Below are positions 26,673 to 35,174 of a stretch of DNA of 64,000 nucleotides, one piece after another (positions within the stretch are counted from its first letter, which is position 1; each line of letters starts with the position of its first letter). The stretch comes from an uncultured Oscillospiraceae bacterium (GTDB lineage Bacteria > Bacillota > Clostridia > Saccharofermentanales > DTU023). Under the pieces are notes generated by a model that saw only the letters and a list, made by a program, of their open reading frames with translations, ran no database searches and was not told the DNA's origin. A program made the translations under genes and the position numbers. The stretch spans positions 17,449 to 81,448 of the forward strand of contig CAYNNG010000002.1 in the NCBI GenBank assembly GCA_964398655.1. The letters run 5' to 3'.

Positions 26673-27140
26673 ATGGCAGGGAAGAGCAAAGTCAAGAAAA
26701 CTAAAGCCCAGTATATTTTAGTTGCAGAAAATGCCGCCGGCGAGACTCTGCGGCGGGTAGTACGCGTCAAACGCAAGCTGGCAGACAACCCTCTGCTGTC
26801 TATAAATCAGGCTTGCAAAGAAGAGGGCATTTCACGTTCGGCTTATTATAAGTACAGGGAGCATGTCTTTGCCTATGACAGCCAGGAAGGCCAGCAACTT
26901 TTCCATTTTCGCATCTTAGCGGTCATGTCGGGCAGTTTCTTGACCCAAATGAGCCAGACCTTGGAGCCTTATGCGGAAAAAATACAACAGGCCAACCAAC
27001 AACGTGTAGGGCCTAATCTTTCCCAGCTAAACTTAAGTATCTGGCTGGGAAGTGTTAAAATAGCCAAGCAGCTCCAAGAGGCCATGAGTCAAGTCCGCGG
27101 CCTGCAAGAATGTAAGCTGGACCAAGACGAAATGCGTTAG
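26673..27140 (+). CDS. UPF0735 (PheB-like) ACT-domain protein
   Basis: GISRSAYYKYREHVFAY closely parallels the SRSAFYKYRDAVFPF motif of B. subtilis PheB as I recall it. The length of about 150 aa also fits. Confidence 0.55.
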   Translation: MAGKSKVKKTKAQYILVAENAAGETLRRVVRVKRKLADNPLLSINQACKEEGISRSAYYKYREHVFAYDSQEGQQLFHFRILAVMSGSFLTQMSQTLEPYAEKIQQANQQRVGPNLSQLNLSIWLGSVKIAKQLQEAMSQVRGLQECKLDQDEMR

Positions 27141-27194
27141 ACCTGATTGGAGACTGGCAGATCAATTTAACTGAGCACTAGGAAAGGAGGACTT

Positions 27195-28262
27195 ATGCGT
27201 TCCACTTGGCAGCTTAACCTAGAAGCCTTTCGCTTCTACCGCCTGAAAGAAGAAAAATTTGTCAAGTTTAGCCTCCTCCTGATCTTAGCCTTGCAGATTT
27301 TGGCACGCGTAGCGCCCGTGGGAGACCGAAACTTTTTCCCCTTTACTTACGCTTTGGAAAACCTGGGTCAGCTAAGCCCGGCGGAAATCTTTGGCCGACT
27401 CAGCCCAGGCAATTGGCTGATTATTGGGCTTCATACAGTAAGTGCTTTGCTGGCCTCTGCTTTGTCTCTGATCTATATGCAGATTTTTGTGCTGGAGCAA
27501 ACCTGCTATAACGCTTTGGGTCCCAGAAGCCAGGAAGACCAAGAACTACGAGAAAATATTCGAGCTTTCCGCTTGCAAGTAAAAATCTTGCGGAGTCTGA
27601 GTCAGTCCTTAAATAAGGATTGGACTGAAGGTGGCAGCCCAGACAATTCTTCCTTAACTGAGGGCTATTATTGGCAAGAGAGTCCTCCGGATACTAGTGA
27701 CCAGGATGCAGGAATTCGCGAGGAATTGCCTACTGCCGATTCCTTTAAGGTGGAAGATTTAGAAGATGCCCTCCAGGCCGCAGGATTCCCGGCCTGCCAG
27801 TTAAGTGACCCGCAAAAAGAGACCGCCCTAGGTTATGCTTGGCGCCGCTTTGCTCAAACCTTGCCCCGGCAGTTAGCATTTATGCTGCTCCTGGACCTGG
27901 CTTATGTTTTTTCTATCATGCTTTTGGGTCTGCCTTTTTATTTTTACCTTTCGGCTTTTCTGCTAGCCCCCGCACTTTTCATGCAGGGCCTGAGCTTCCG
28001 CGAAGGCATGCGCACTTCTTATAGGGAAACTAAGGGGGTAAAACTCTTTATTATTTCGAACTACTTCGTGGTTAATCTAGTTTTCCTGCTGGCAGAAGGA
28101 CTGGCCAGCTTGATTTTTGCACAGGCCTCCTACAGCCTAGGTGTCTGGCAAAGTCTGTTTTTTGCTTTGCGTTTTCTGGTTTTTGCCCGCTTTGCCGGCT
28201 TAATGTACCTGGTGGTCAGAGAGTCTGACCAGGGTGTGAGAGTAAAAATGACCAAGTTGTGA
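27195..28262 (+). CDS. Polytopic membrane protein of unknown function
   Basis: The 355-aa ORF has several hydrophobic helices and a central acidic loop. The SD GGAAAGGAGG lies upstream. I recognise no family motif. Confidence 0.5.
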   Translation: MRSTWQLNLEAFRFYRLKEEKFVKFSLLLILALQILARVAPVGDRNFFPFTYALENLGQLSPAEIFGRLSPGNWLIIGLHTVSALLASALSLIYMQIFVLEQTCYNALGPRSQEDQELRENIRAFRLQVKILRSLSQSLNKDWTEGGSPDNSSLTEGYYWQESPPDTSDQDAGIREELPTADSFKVEDLEDALQAAGFPACQLSDPQKETALGYAWRRFAQTLPRQLAFMLLLDLAYVFSIMLLGLPFYFYLSAFLLAPALFMQGLSFREGMRTSYRETKGVKLFIISNYFVVNLVFLLAEGLASLIFAQASYSLGVWQSLFFALRFLVFARFAGLMYLVVRESDQGVRVKMTKL

Positions 28263-28311
28263 AGACTCGCTTTTCCTTAGCCTAGCCTGACTAAAGAAAG
28301 GAGCAAGACCC

Positions 28312-29427
28312 ATGCTTGATCTGGATAGCAAACGCCGCGAACTTGAAGACGCCCGTACAGAAATTGAAGATTTACGGTTAGCCTTGAAGCTCGACCATAT
28401 GGCTGAAGAAGCCAAAGCCTTAGAAGCTGCTAGTTATAAAGAGGATTTCTGGCAGGATATTGACCACGCGAGAAAATTACAAACCGAACTCAGCAGGCTC
28501 AAGAAGAGTCTGGAAAAGTTTGCCCAAGTAGAGGCCGAGTACGAAGATCTTTTGGCCCTGCTTGACCTGATTCAAGAGGAAGATGATTTTAGCTTAGCCC
28601 CCGAACTGGAGACCCGAGAGACTGCCTGGCAGCACCAGCTTCAGGAATTGCGGTTGCAAACTTACTTCACGGATAAGCTGGATGACAGCAATGCTATTTT
28701 GACCTTACATGCAGGAGCGGGAGGAACGGAGGCTTGCGACTGGGTGAATATGCTCTTTCGCATGTATGCCCGCTGGGCGGAACATGAAGAGCTCAGCTTG
28801 GAGGTCCTGGACTCTGTGGATGGAGAAGAGGCAGGACTGAAGAGTATTACTTTTGCCATTCGGGGTGATTACGCATACGGCTTACTTAAGCATGAGATGG
28901 GAGTACACCGTCTGGTGAGAATCTCTCCCTTTGACTCCTCTGGCCGCCGCCATACTTCCTTCGCCTCACTTGAAGTTTTGCCAGAACTAGACGATACCAT
29001 TGAGGTGGATATCAGGGAAGAAGACCTGAGGATAGATTATTACCGGTCATCGGGAGCGGGCGGCCAGCATGTTAACAAAACTTCGTCTGCGGTCCGCATT
29101 ACCCATATACCCACTAATATTGTAGTGGCCTGCCAAAACGAACGCTCCCAGATCCAGAACCGAGAAATGGCCATGCGCATGCTTAAGGCTAAGCTTTATA
29201 CCCTAGCGAGGCAGCAGCAATTAGCCGCCATTGACGATCTCAAGGGTGAGCAAAAGGACATAGCCTGGGGTAGCCAAATCCGTTCTTATGTGTTTTGCCC
29301 CTACACCCTCGTCAAGGACAACCGCACAGACCTGCAGACCCCGGACGTCGAAGGGGTGATGAATGGTGAGCTCAACCCCTTCATTGAGGCTATGCTGGCC
29401 TTGTCCGCTGCCGAGGGCCATAGTTAG
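28312..29427 (+). CDS. prfB: Peptide chain release factor 2, encoded in a single frame without a programmed frameshift
   Basis: The SPF motif (RISPFDSSGRRHTSF) and the GGQ motif (SGAGGQHVNKT) are present. The N-terminus aligns through the usual frameshift site as ..LRLALKLD.. with no in-frame stop. Confidence 0.92.
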   Translation: MLDLDSKRRELEDARTEIEDLRLALKLDHMAEEAKALEAASYKEDFWQDIDHARKLQTELSRLKKSLEKFAQVEAEYEDLLALLDLIQEEDDFSLAPELETRETAWQHQLQELRLQTYFTDKLDDSNAILTLHAGAGGTEACDWVNMLFRMYARWAEHEELSLEVLDSVDGEEAGLKSITFAIRGDYAYGLLKHEMGVHRLVRISPFDSSGRRHTSFASLEVLPELDDTIEVDIREEDLRIDYYRSSGAGGQHVNKTSSAVRITHIPTNIVVACQNERSQIQNREMAMRMLKAKLYTLARQQQLAAIDDLKGEQKDIAWGSQIRSYVFCPYTLVKDNRTDLQTPDVEGVMNGELNPFIEAMLALSAAEGHS

Positions 29428-29441
29428 GAGGAGGGAGAATC

Positions 29442-30659
29442 ATGACTTTAGAAGTAGGCATCTTAGGCGGATCTTTCGACCCCTTCCACTTAGGCCACCG
29501 CCGGCTCCTGGAAGCGGCACTATCCGTCGATGATTTTGATTATTTTTACCTGATACCTACCTCATCTCCGGCCTATAAAGAGCGGGCGCTTTCGCTGTCC
29601 ATCTATCGTTATGTCATGGCTCAGCTAGCCACAGAAGACTTAAACCAAGTGAAACTCTCCCGGATGGAGCTAAAGCACACAGAAGGACCAAATTACACCG
29701 TAAATACCCTAAATAAGCTTCATAAAAAGTGGGAGAAAAAAACTAAAGAGTCTGTACAATTTAAGCTGGTCCTGGGTTCTGATGCCTTGGATTATTTTGC
29801 CACTTGGTACAAACCGGAAGAAATCCTGGCCCAGGCCGACTTGCTGATTGCCTTGCGCGGCCTGGATGCTAAAGAGGAAAAATCCTACCGGAAGAAGGCC
29901 AAGGCCCTGCAAAGAGCCTATGGAGGTTCCATTGAGTTTTTCCCCATGCAGCCTTTGGAAATTTCTTCCACTGACCTACGCCAGCAATTGCTAGGAAATG
30001 AAGTCAAAAAAAAGTCCTACCAACCAGAGGTAGCGGACTTCCTGCGCCAGAACCGCCCCTATGTTTTCTATGCAGACTTCCAGAGTCTGAAGCCAGAGAC
30101 CCATGACCAGCTCCGAACCTTTGAGCAGGCTATTTGGCATAAGATGCCAGTCCGGCGCCTAGTCCACGTGGCCAATGTGGCCCTTTATGCAACACACTTA
30201 GCCTGCGTCCATGGCCTGGATGCAGATAAAGCTGCTGTGGCTGGCCTCTTGCACGACTCTTGCAAAAACATACCCTTGCCCGACCAATACACCTATGTTA
30301 AACAATCTGGTTTTAACCATGCGGTTAACGCGGCCATTGCCCACGGTCCAGCTTCTGCCTATTGGAATAAGATGGCCTTAGGGGTTACCGATGAAGAAAT
30401 TTATCATGCGGTGATGTACCATACTACAGGCCGGCCCGGCATGACTCCCTTGGAGAAAGTGATATACCTGGCAGATAAGATAGAATTCGGCCGCCCCTTC
30501 CACGATCTGGATAAAATTCGTCAGGCCGCAGAGCTTGACTTAGACGAGGCCATGCGCCTGTGCTTGCAGGAAGTGCAGCTGGCTATGCGGCGTAATTTTA
30601 CCAGTATGCACGAACTGTCTGTCAAGCTTATGCTGGAGCTCGGCATGTTCCTAGCCTAG
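29442..30659 (+). CDS. nadD: Fusion protein: nicotinate-nucleotide adenylyltransferase NadD plus YqeK-type HD phosphohydrolase
   Basis: The N-terminal GILGGSFDPFHLGHRRL and ISSTDLR are NadD motifs. The C-terminal HVANVALYATHLA...AGLLHDSCKN...YHTTGRPGMT..VIYLADKIE is a YqeK HD-domain pattern. It is one uninterrupted 405-aa ORF. Confidence 0.85.
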   Translation: MTLEVGILGGSFDPFHLGHRRLLEAALSVDDFDYFYLIPTSSPAYKERALSLSIYRYVMAQLATEDLNQVKLSRMELKHTEGPNYTVNTLNKLHKKWEKKTKESVQFKLVLGSDALDYFATWYKPEEILAQADLLIALRGLDAKEEKSYRKKAKALQRAYGGSIEFFPMQPLEISSTDLRQQLLGNEVKKKSYQPEVADFLRQNRPYVFYADFQSLKPETHDQLRTFEQAIWHKMPVRRLVHVANVALYATHLACVHGLDADKAAVAGLLHDSCKNIPLPDQYTYVKQSGFNHAVNAAIAHGPASAYWNKMALGVTDEEIYHAVMYHTTGRPGMTPLEKVIYLADKIEFGRPFHDLDKIRQAAELDLDEAMRLCLQEVQLAMRRNFTSMHELSVKLMLELGMFLA

Positions 30660-30704
30660 TAGGCTATAATAAACAAAATTAAAATTAAGGAGATAAATAG
30701 AACA

Positions 30705-31076
30705 TTGAATTCTGCAGAACTTAGTCAAATAATTGCCGATATTCTTGATGCGAAGAAGGCAGATGATATTGCTGTCCTTGAGGTGGGACAAAAAACCACG
30801 CTCACAGAGTACTTCGTTTTGGCCTCTGCGACGACGCCTAACCATGCCAAGGCCCTAGAAGATGAGCTTACCTATAAGCTGAAGGAGAGATATGACTTAT
30901 CGCCCTTGGCCGTAGAAGGACTGGAATCTGGGCGTTGGATCCTCGTGGATTATGCTTCTGTAGTGGTCCATATTATGTGCAGGCAAGACCGTGAATTCTA
31001 TGACCTAGATAAGTTTTGGACCAATAAGGAAGCTGAAAACCTGAGCCCGGAGGATCATTCTTTCCAAGAGCAATAA
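30705..31076 (+). CDS. rsfS: Ribosomal silencing factor RsfS (iojap/YqeL)
   Basis: The sequence ...ILDAKKADDIAVLEV...TEYFVLASATTPNHAKAL...WILVDYASVVVHIM..REFYDLDKFW is typical of RsfS. The start is the TTG at 30705, after the SD AAGGAG. Confidence 0.88.
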   Translation: MNSAELSQIIADILDAKKADDIAVLEVGQKTTLTEYFVLASATTPNHAKALEDELTYKLKERYDLSPLAVEGLESGRWILVDYASVVVHIMCRQDREFYDLDKFWTNKEAENLSPEDHSFQEQ

Positions 31077-31168
31077 TTGCGGGTGCAGTGCAAGCCATTG
31101 TTGGCTATTGTCCCTGTTCGTCGAAAGAATTTTGGCTGATAAACTTCTCTCTAGGGGATAATTCCCCT

Positions 31169-32008
31169 ATGGGGAAGTTTTTTATCAGGAACGCACTACG
31201 TAGCTTTAAACCAGGCCAGACCAGGCGTCGGGCTGGGAGGCCTAATCCAGAGGGACCTCCGGATTCCCGACCCTACTTTTGGCCAGAAGAGGCCAACTAC
31301 CCTGGTTACACTGGCCCGGCAGACCGTCGGCAGAGCCTAGAGACTACGAAAACCCGGCAGCTCCCTTATTATGTTTTGCTGCTGGCGGTTTTTTGCTTGT
31401 TTATCCTTTTAACCGCACTGCTGCGCCGTGAAAGTGGCAGCCGCTTTACCCCGAATTGGAAAGAGATCAACCTGAGTACTGCCGAGCTGGATTCTGGTCA
31501 GGCTGCGACAGAAACACCTAGCCTAAGGGAGCCAGACCTGCCCATCTACATCTCGGGTGCTGTAAAGCATCCTGGCGTCTACTATTTAGCTCCGGGCAGC
31601 TTGCTAGTAGACTTGGTTGAGCAAGCGGGCGGCTTTACTGAGTCAGAACCTCCCCCAGACCTTAATCTTGCTGCTAGCTTGCAAGCACATGCTCACGTGC
31701 ATGTGGCAGGTGCCGAGGAGCTAGCAGCTGGAGCAGGCAGCCAAGTGACTTACCATGCTGAACTAGATGCTTCAACTATAGGTGTAGGAGAGGGCGCAGC
31801 GGGAGGACAATCTGGGCTCATTTCCCTGAACCATGCCAGCCAGGAGGAACTCGAAACCATACCTGGAATCGGGCCGAAAACAGCGCAAGCGATTCTGCGC
31901 TTAAGAGCTGACCTAGGTCGTGACCTGGTTTTGGAGGACCTCTTAACAATCCCAGGGATTAAAGAAAAACGCTATGACCAAATCAAAAGCTTTTTTTGCT
32001 TGCCATAA
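31169..32008 (+). CDS. comEA: ComEA-family DNA-binding competence protein (TM, SLBB-like domain and helix-hairpin-helix)
   Basis: The TM helix is YYVLLLAVFCLFILLTALL. IYISGAVKHPGVYYL..GSLLVDLVEQAGG is SLBB-like. ISLNHASQEELETIPGIGPKTAQAILRLR is the HhH part. I chose the ATG at 31169 over 31088. Confidence 0.8.
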   Translation: MGKFFIRNALRSFKPGQTRRRAGRPNPEGPPDSRPYFWPEEANYPGYTGPADRRQSLETTKTRQLPYYVLLLAVFCLFILLTALLRRESGSRFTPNWKEINLSTAELDSGQAATETPSLREPDLPIYISGAVKHPGVYYLAPGSLLVDLVEQAGGFTESEPPPDLNLAASLQAHAHVHVAGAEELAAGAGSQVTYHAELDASTIGVGEGAAGGQSGLISLNHASQEELETIPGIGPKTAQAILRLRADLGRDLVLEDLLTIPGIKEKRYDQIKSFFCLP

Positions 32009-32070
32009 GATAGGCAAAAAGTGCCGATAAGCCAGAGTTTTACAGCAGATCGCCAAAAAACTGTCTAGGC

Positions 32071-32100
32071 TTGACAAGGTCCAAAGGCCATACGTATAAT
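32071..32100 (+). promoter_or_regulatory. Consensus promoter of the tRNA His-Gln-Lys operon
   Basis: TTGACA (32071-32076), an 18-nt spacer and TATAAT (32095-32100). Confidence 0.65.
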
Positions 32101-32132
32101 GCTAAGCGTGCTCAAAAGTGCTCTGACAGCAC

Positions 32133-32210
32133 GGTGGTATTAGCTCAGTTGGTTAGAGTGCCAGGTTGTGGCCCTGGAGGTCATGGGTTCGAATCCCATA
32201 TACCACCCCA
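32133..32210 (+). tRNA. tRNA-His (anticodon GTG), with encoded G-1 and CCA
   Basis: Manual cloverleaf: G-1, acceptor GTGGTAT/ATACCAC, anticodon stem CCAGG/CCTGG, loop TTGTGGC, T-arm ATGGG-TTCGAAT-CCCAT, discriminator C and CCA. Confidence 0.9.
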
Positions 32211-32226
32211 CTTTGCACACGAACAT

Positions 32227-32301
32227 TGGGGTATAGCCAAGCGGTAAGGCACGGGACTTTGACTCCCGCATGCGTAGGTTCAAATCCTGCTACCCCAGCC
32301 A
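32227..32301 (+). tRNA. tRNA-Gln (anticodon TTG), CCA encoded
   Basis: Manual cloverleaf: acceptor TGGGGTA/TACCCCA, anticodon stem CGGGA/TCCCG, loop CTTTGAC, T-loop TTCAAAT, discriminator G and CCA. Confidence 0.9.
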
Positions 32302-32377
32302 GATTCATTAGCTCAGCCGGTAGAGCACCTGACTTTTAATCAGGGGGTCGAGGGTTCGAATCCCTCATGAATCACCA
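32302..32377 (+). tRNA. tRNA-Lys (anticodon TTT), CCA encoded
   Basis: Manual cloverleaf: acceptor GATTCAT/ATGAATC, anticodon stem CCTGA/TCAGG, loop CTTTTAA and T-arm GAGGG-TTCGAAT-CCCTC. It starts immediately after the CCA of tRNA-Gln. Confidence 0.9.
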
Positions 32378-32380
32378 AAC

Positions 32381-32414
32381 AAAAACCCCGTAATTTAGTA
32401 TTGCGGGGTTTTTT
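32381..32414. terminator. Terminator after the tRNA operon, also facing the convergent ogt-like gene
   Basis: AACCCCG ... CGGGGTT forms the stem, flanked by AAAAA upstream and TTTTT downstream. The loop is 13 nt. Confidence 0.7.
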
Positions 32415-32430
32415 GTTCTCTTTTTCTCAT

Positions 32431-33531
32431 TTATTGGTCTAACTGTTTATAGTTAAAAAGTTCTAAATTTAGCAGCCTGTCTTTTATCTCTACGCCCCCA
32501 GAAAAGCCGACCAACTGCCCATCTTGGCCGATAACTCGATGACAGGGGATTAGCAGGGGGAGAGGATTAGCCCCGCAGGCTCCGCCCACCGCCCTGGCGT
32601 AGGTATGGGCTTTAGCGGGACCGACAATTCGAGCAGCCAGGTCGCTATAAGACCAGGCTGTGCCGTAGGGAATCTGACTAATTTGAGCCCAGACCTGCTT
32701 TTGAAATTTTGTCCCCTGGAGAATTTTATAGGGTAGGTCAAAACCGACAGTTGAACCAGCCAAATAGGACTTTGCTTGGCGTTCTGCCTCTAAAAGCAGA
32801 GGGGAATAGCTGATCGGAGCGGCAGGCTTAGCTGCGGTTATTTGCCCGTTTGGCTGATAACGCAGATCTCCACCCAGAAGACCCAGGTCGTTCAAGAGAA
32901 AGGCCGGGGGGCCTGGGGAGAAAGTCTGGCGGGGCTGGATAAAATGCACAGCTATGATGTGGTCGTGACTGCTGTCCTCTTCAAACATAATGCCAAAATT
33001 GTGGAAGGGGAGATGGATAACAGGTGAAGAAAGGGTCAGGCGGTGCAGGTAAAAGCCCCAAGTAGCGTGGGGCCAGGGACCAGATCCGCTGGGATGCTGC
33101 CAGCACTTTATATTCGCCGCTTCCAGCTGCTGGAGGACTTTATCCGAAGGCGGGCTGGCGCTTAGTTCTACGGTCAGATCATATAAAGCGGGAAGATTGA
33201 AGAATAGGTCCTCGCAGAGAGCTAGGCAGTCTTCTGCGCTGAGGTTTGTCTCTGGTGCGGGATAAACTAGGGCCCGGCTGCCACTTGATCCTTGAGGTCC
33301 CGACTGCAGTAGCACCAGGCTCTGCTCGGCTTGGTCAGACTGCCAGAGAAAGATATTGCTTGGTGGGAAAGCCTGGAGCCAGCTCCGCATGAAGTCTTGC
33401 CTCCGCCGGGTAGTTTTTAATAAGTCAGAAGGCAGAGGAAAGTTCTTAAGCTGCCGGTTATCTTTAAGCCGCAGCTTGCTTAAATTATGACCGGACCCAG
33501 GTTTCATAACGGAATCTAATATCTCCTTCAC
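32431..33531 (-). CDS. ogt: Methylated-DNA--protein-cysteine methyltransferase (Ogt/MGMT) with a ~180-aa N-terminal extension of unknown function
   Basis: The C-terminal part is GTKFQKQVWAQISQIPYGTAWSYSDLAAR...NPLPLLIPCHRVIG (PCHR active site). The start is uncertain. The annotated ATG overlaps the folA end by 47 nt, and the alternative is the ATG at 33390. Confidence 0.8.
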   Translation of the reverse strand: MKEILDSVMKPGSGHNLSKLRLKDNRQLKNFPLPSDLLKTTRRRQDFMRSWLQAFPPSNIFLWQSDQAEQSLVLLQSGPQGSSGSRALVYPAPETNLSAEDCLALCEDLFFNLPALYDLTVELSASPPSDKVLQQLEAANIKCWQHPSGSGPWPHATWGFYLHRLTLSSPVIHLPFHNFGIMFEEDSSHDHIIAVHFIQPRQTFSPGPPAFLLNDLGLLGGDLRYQPNGQITAAKPAAPISYSPLLLEAERQAKSYLAGSTVGFDLPYKILQGTKFQKQVWAQISQIPYGTAWSYSDLAARIVGPAKAHTYARAVGGACGANPLPLLIPCHRVIGQDGQLVGFSGGVEIKDRLLNLELFNYKQLDQ

Positions 33532-33988
33532 TTAGACAAGGCCCCTGGTCTTGCAGGACAAAACTATGCGCAGGGAGGTCGGGAAAGTGGGCATCTGCAG
33601 GAAAGACTTGGTATATCCTGGTAAGTTCCACGCGGTGAGTATAGGGGAGGAGGGAGGCGTAAACAGAGGCGCCGCCAATAATGCAAAAGTCATCTTCGGT
33701 TCTCCCTGCCTCTTTAAGTTCCGCAAGGCGGGCCAGAAGGTCGTCCAAAGAGCGCATAATCTCTCCTCCGGGGACTTCTTCGGCTTTCAGCTTGCGGCTG
33801 AGAATGAGGTTTTTCCTGCCGGGCAAAACCTTTTTCCCGGGGAAGGTAGCCAGGGTCTTGGCGCCGTAGATTAAGACCTTGCCCATGGTAATTTGCTTGA
33901 AACGTTTTAAATCCTGGCGGATAGGCTGCAGGAGCTGTCCATCTCGTCCAATGCCGTTGGCTTGATCTATGGCTACTATAGCAATCAT
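33485..33988 (-). CDS. folA: Dihydrofolate reductase
   Basis: The sequence MIAIVAIDQANGIGRDGQLLQPIRQDLKRFKQITMGKVLIYGAKT...GRKNLILSR...IIGGASVY is the classical DHFR pattern. Confidence 0.9.
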   Translation of the reverse strand: MIAIVAIDQANGIGRDGQLLQPIRQDLKRFKQITMGKVLIYGAKTLATFPGKKVLPGRKNLILSRKLKAEEVPGGEIMRSLDDLLARLAELKEAGRTEDDFCIIGGASVYASLLPYTHRVELTRIYQVFPADAHFPDLPAHSFVLQDQGPCLSEGDIRFRYETWVRS

Positions 33989-34081
33989 GTTTATCCTTAT
34001 CTAATGTGGTGGCCACTTCTGCTTTTTCCTGCTGGGGCAAGCAGGAGGGGCTGAGCGGGGCTAAACTTGCCTATCAAGAGC

Positions 34082-34909
34082 TTAGATAGCCACAGGAATG
34101 TCTTTTAATTGTGGCCCGTGCTGGTAGTTTTCCAACTGGAAATCTTCCGGTTTAAAGTCGTAGAAGCTTTGGACTTCAGGATTGATTAGCAGTTTGGGCG
34201 CGGGGTAGGTCTCTCGAGTTAGGAGTTCCTCCATCAAGGGGATATGGCGGTCATAAATATGGGCATCGGCGATCACATGTACTAATTCCCCGACTTCCAA
34301 TTGACATTCTCGGGCCAGCATATGGATAAGAATGGCATACTGCACAACATTCCAGCCATTGGCAATTAGCATGTCTTGGCTCCTTTGGTTTAATAGCCCG
34401 GAGAGCCGCCCCTGGTCTACGTGAAAGGTCATGGAGTAGGCGCAGGGGTAGAGGGACATTTCTGGCAGGTCCTGAATGTTGTACATGTGACAAATGAGCC
34501 GGCGGCTTTCAGGGTTTTCCTTGATATCCTTGATGAGCCTGTCCACCTGGTCAAACTCTCCATCTGCATAACGAGTTTTCTGCGCGAGCTGGTAACCATA
34601 AGCTTTGCCAATGGTGCCATCTTCCTTAGCCCAGGCATCCCAAATATGTGAATTTAAATCCGCGATGCGATTAGACTTTTGTTGCCAAATCCAGAGCAGT
34701 TCATCTACACATTTTTGCAGAGGAACGGGACGGAGCGTAAGAATAGGGAATTCCTTTTGTAAATCATAACGGTTTATCAGGGCAAAGACTTTTTTGGTAC
34801 GAGCGGGCGTACCGTCTGACCAAACCGCGCGAACCTTGCCCGTCTGCCAGGTGCCTTGGTCGAGAATTTGCCTGGCGCTGGCTTGAAATACTTGGTCGGC
34901 ATAGCTCAT
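34082..34909 (-). CDS. thyA: Thymidylate synthase (ThyA, divergent Bacillus ThyA/phage-like subtype)
   Basis: The motifs are ...DELLWIWQQKSN..., GKAYGYQ, RRLICHMYN, SLYPCAYSMTFHV (catalytic Cys), NQRSQDM and HVIADAHIY. The length is 275 aa. Confidence 0.88.
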   Translation of the reverse strand: MSYADQVFQASARQILDQGTWQTGKVRAVWSDGTPARTKKVFALINRYDLQKEFPILTLRPVPLQKCVDELLWIWQQKSNRIADLNSHIWDAWAKEDGTIGKAYGYQLAQKTRYADGEFDQVDRLIKDIKENPESRRLICHMYNIQDLPEMSLYPCAYSMTFHVDQGRLSGLLNQRSQDMLIANGWNVVQYAILIHMLARECQLEVGELVHVIADAHIYDRHIPLMEELLTRETYPAPKLLINPEVQSFYDFKPEDFQLENYQHGPQLKDIPVAI

Positions 34910-35027
34910 AAACGCGTAACCTCAAATCATAATAAATAAGGCGTTCTTCAAGAAGCTGCCAGTAGGGCCGAGGATCCTGAGAAAGCCTTGGTACACAATG
35001 GATAAAACGATTATAGTTTAGGGCAAC

Positions 35028-35056
35028 TTGCATTTCAACTTATGACAGGCTAGAAT
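35028..35056 (+). promoter_or_regulatory. Candidate promoter of tRNA-Pro
   Basis: TTGCAT (35028-35033), a 17-nt spacer and TAGAAT (35051-35056). It ends 12 nt before the tRNA 5' end. Confidence 0.55.
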
Positions 35057-35068
35057 TTACCAGAGTTT

Positions 35069-35144
35069 CGGGGTGTAGCTCAGGTGGTAGAGCGCTTGGT
35101 TCGGGACCAAGAGGCCGCTGGTTCGAGTCCAGTCACTCCGACCA
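35069..35144 (+). tRNA. tRNA-Pro (anticodon CGG), CCA encoded
   Basis: Manual cloverleaf: acceptor CGGGGTG/CACTCCG, anticodon stem CTTGG/CCAAG, loop TTCGGGA, T-arm GCTGG-TTCGAGT-CCAGT, discriminator A and CCA. Confidence 0.9.
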
Positions 35145-35174
35145 GTTTTTCGCTTGAACTTAAGGGAGGGTGCT

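Noticed and set aside
28312-28420. The programmed +1 frameshift site expected in prfB
   Set aside because: I looked for the CTT TGA C motif and an upstream short ORF. The RF2 frame is continuous from the ATG at 28312 (..LRLALKLDHM..), so this prfB is a frameshift-less type.
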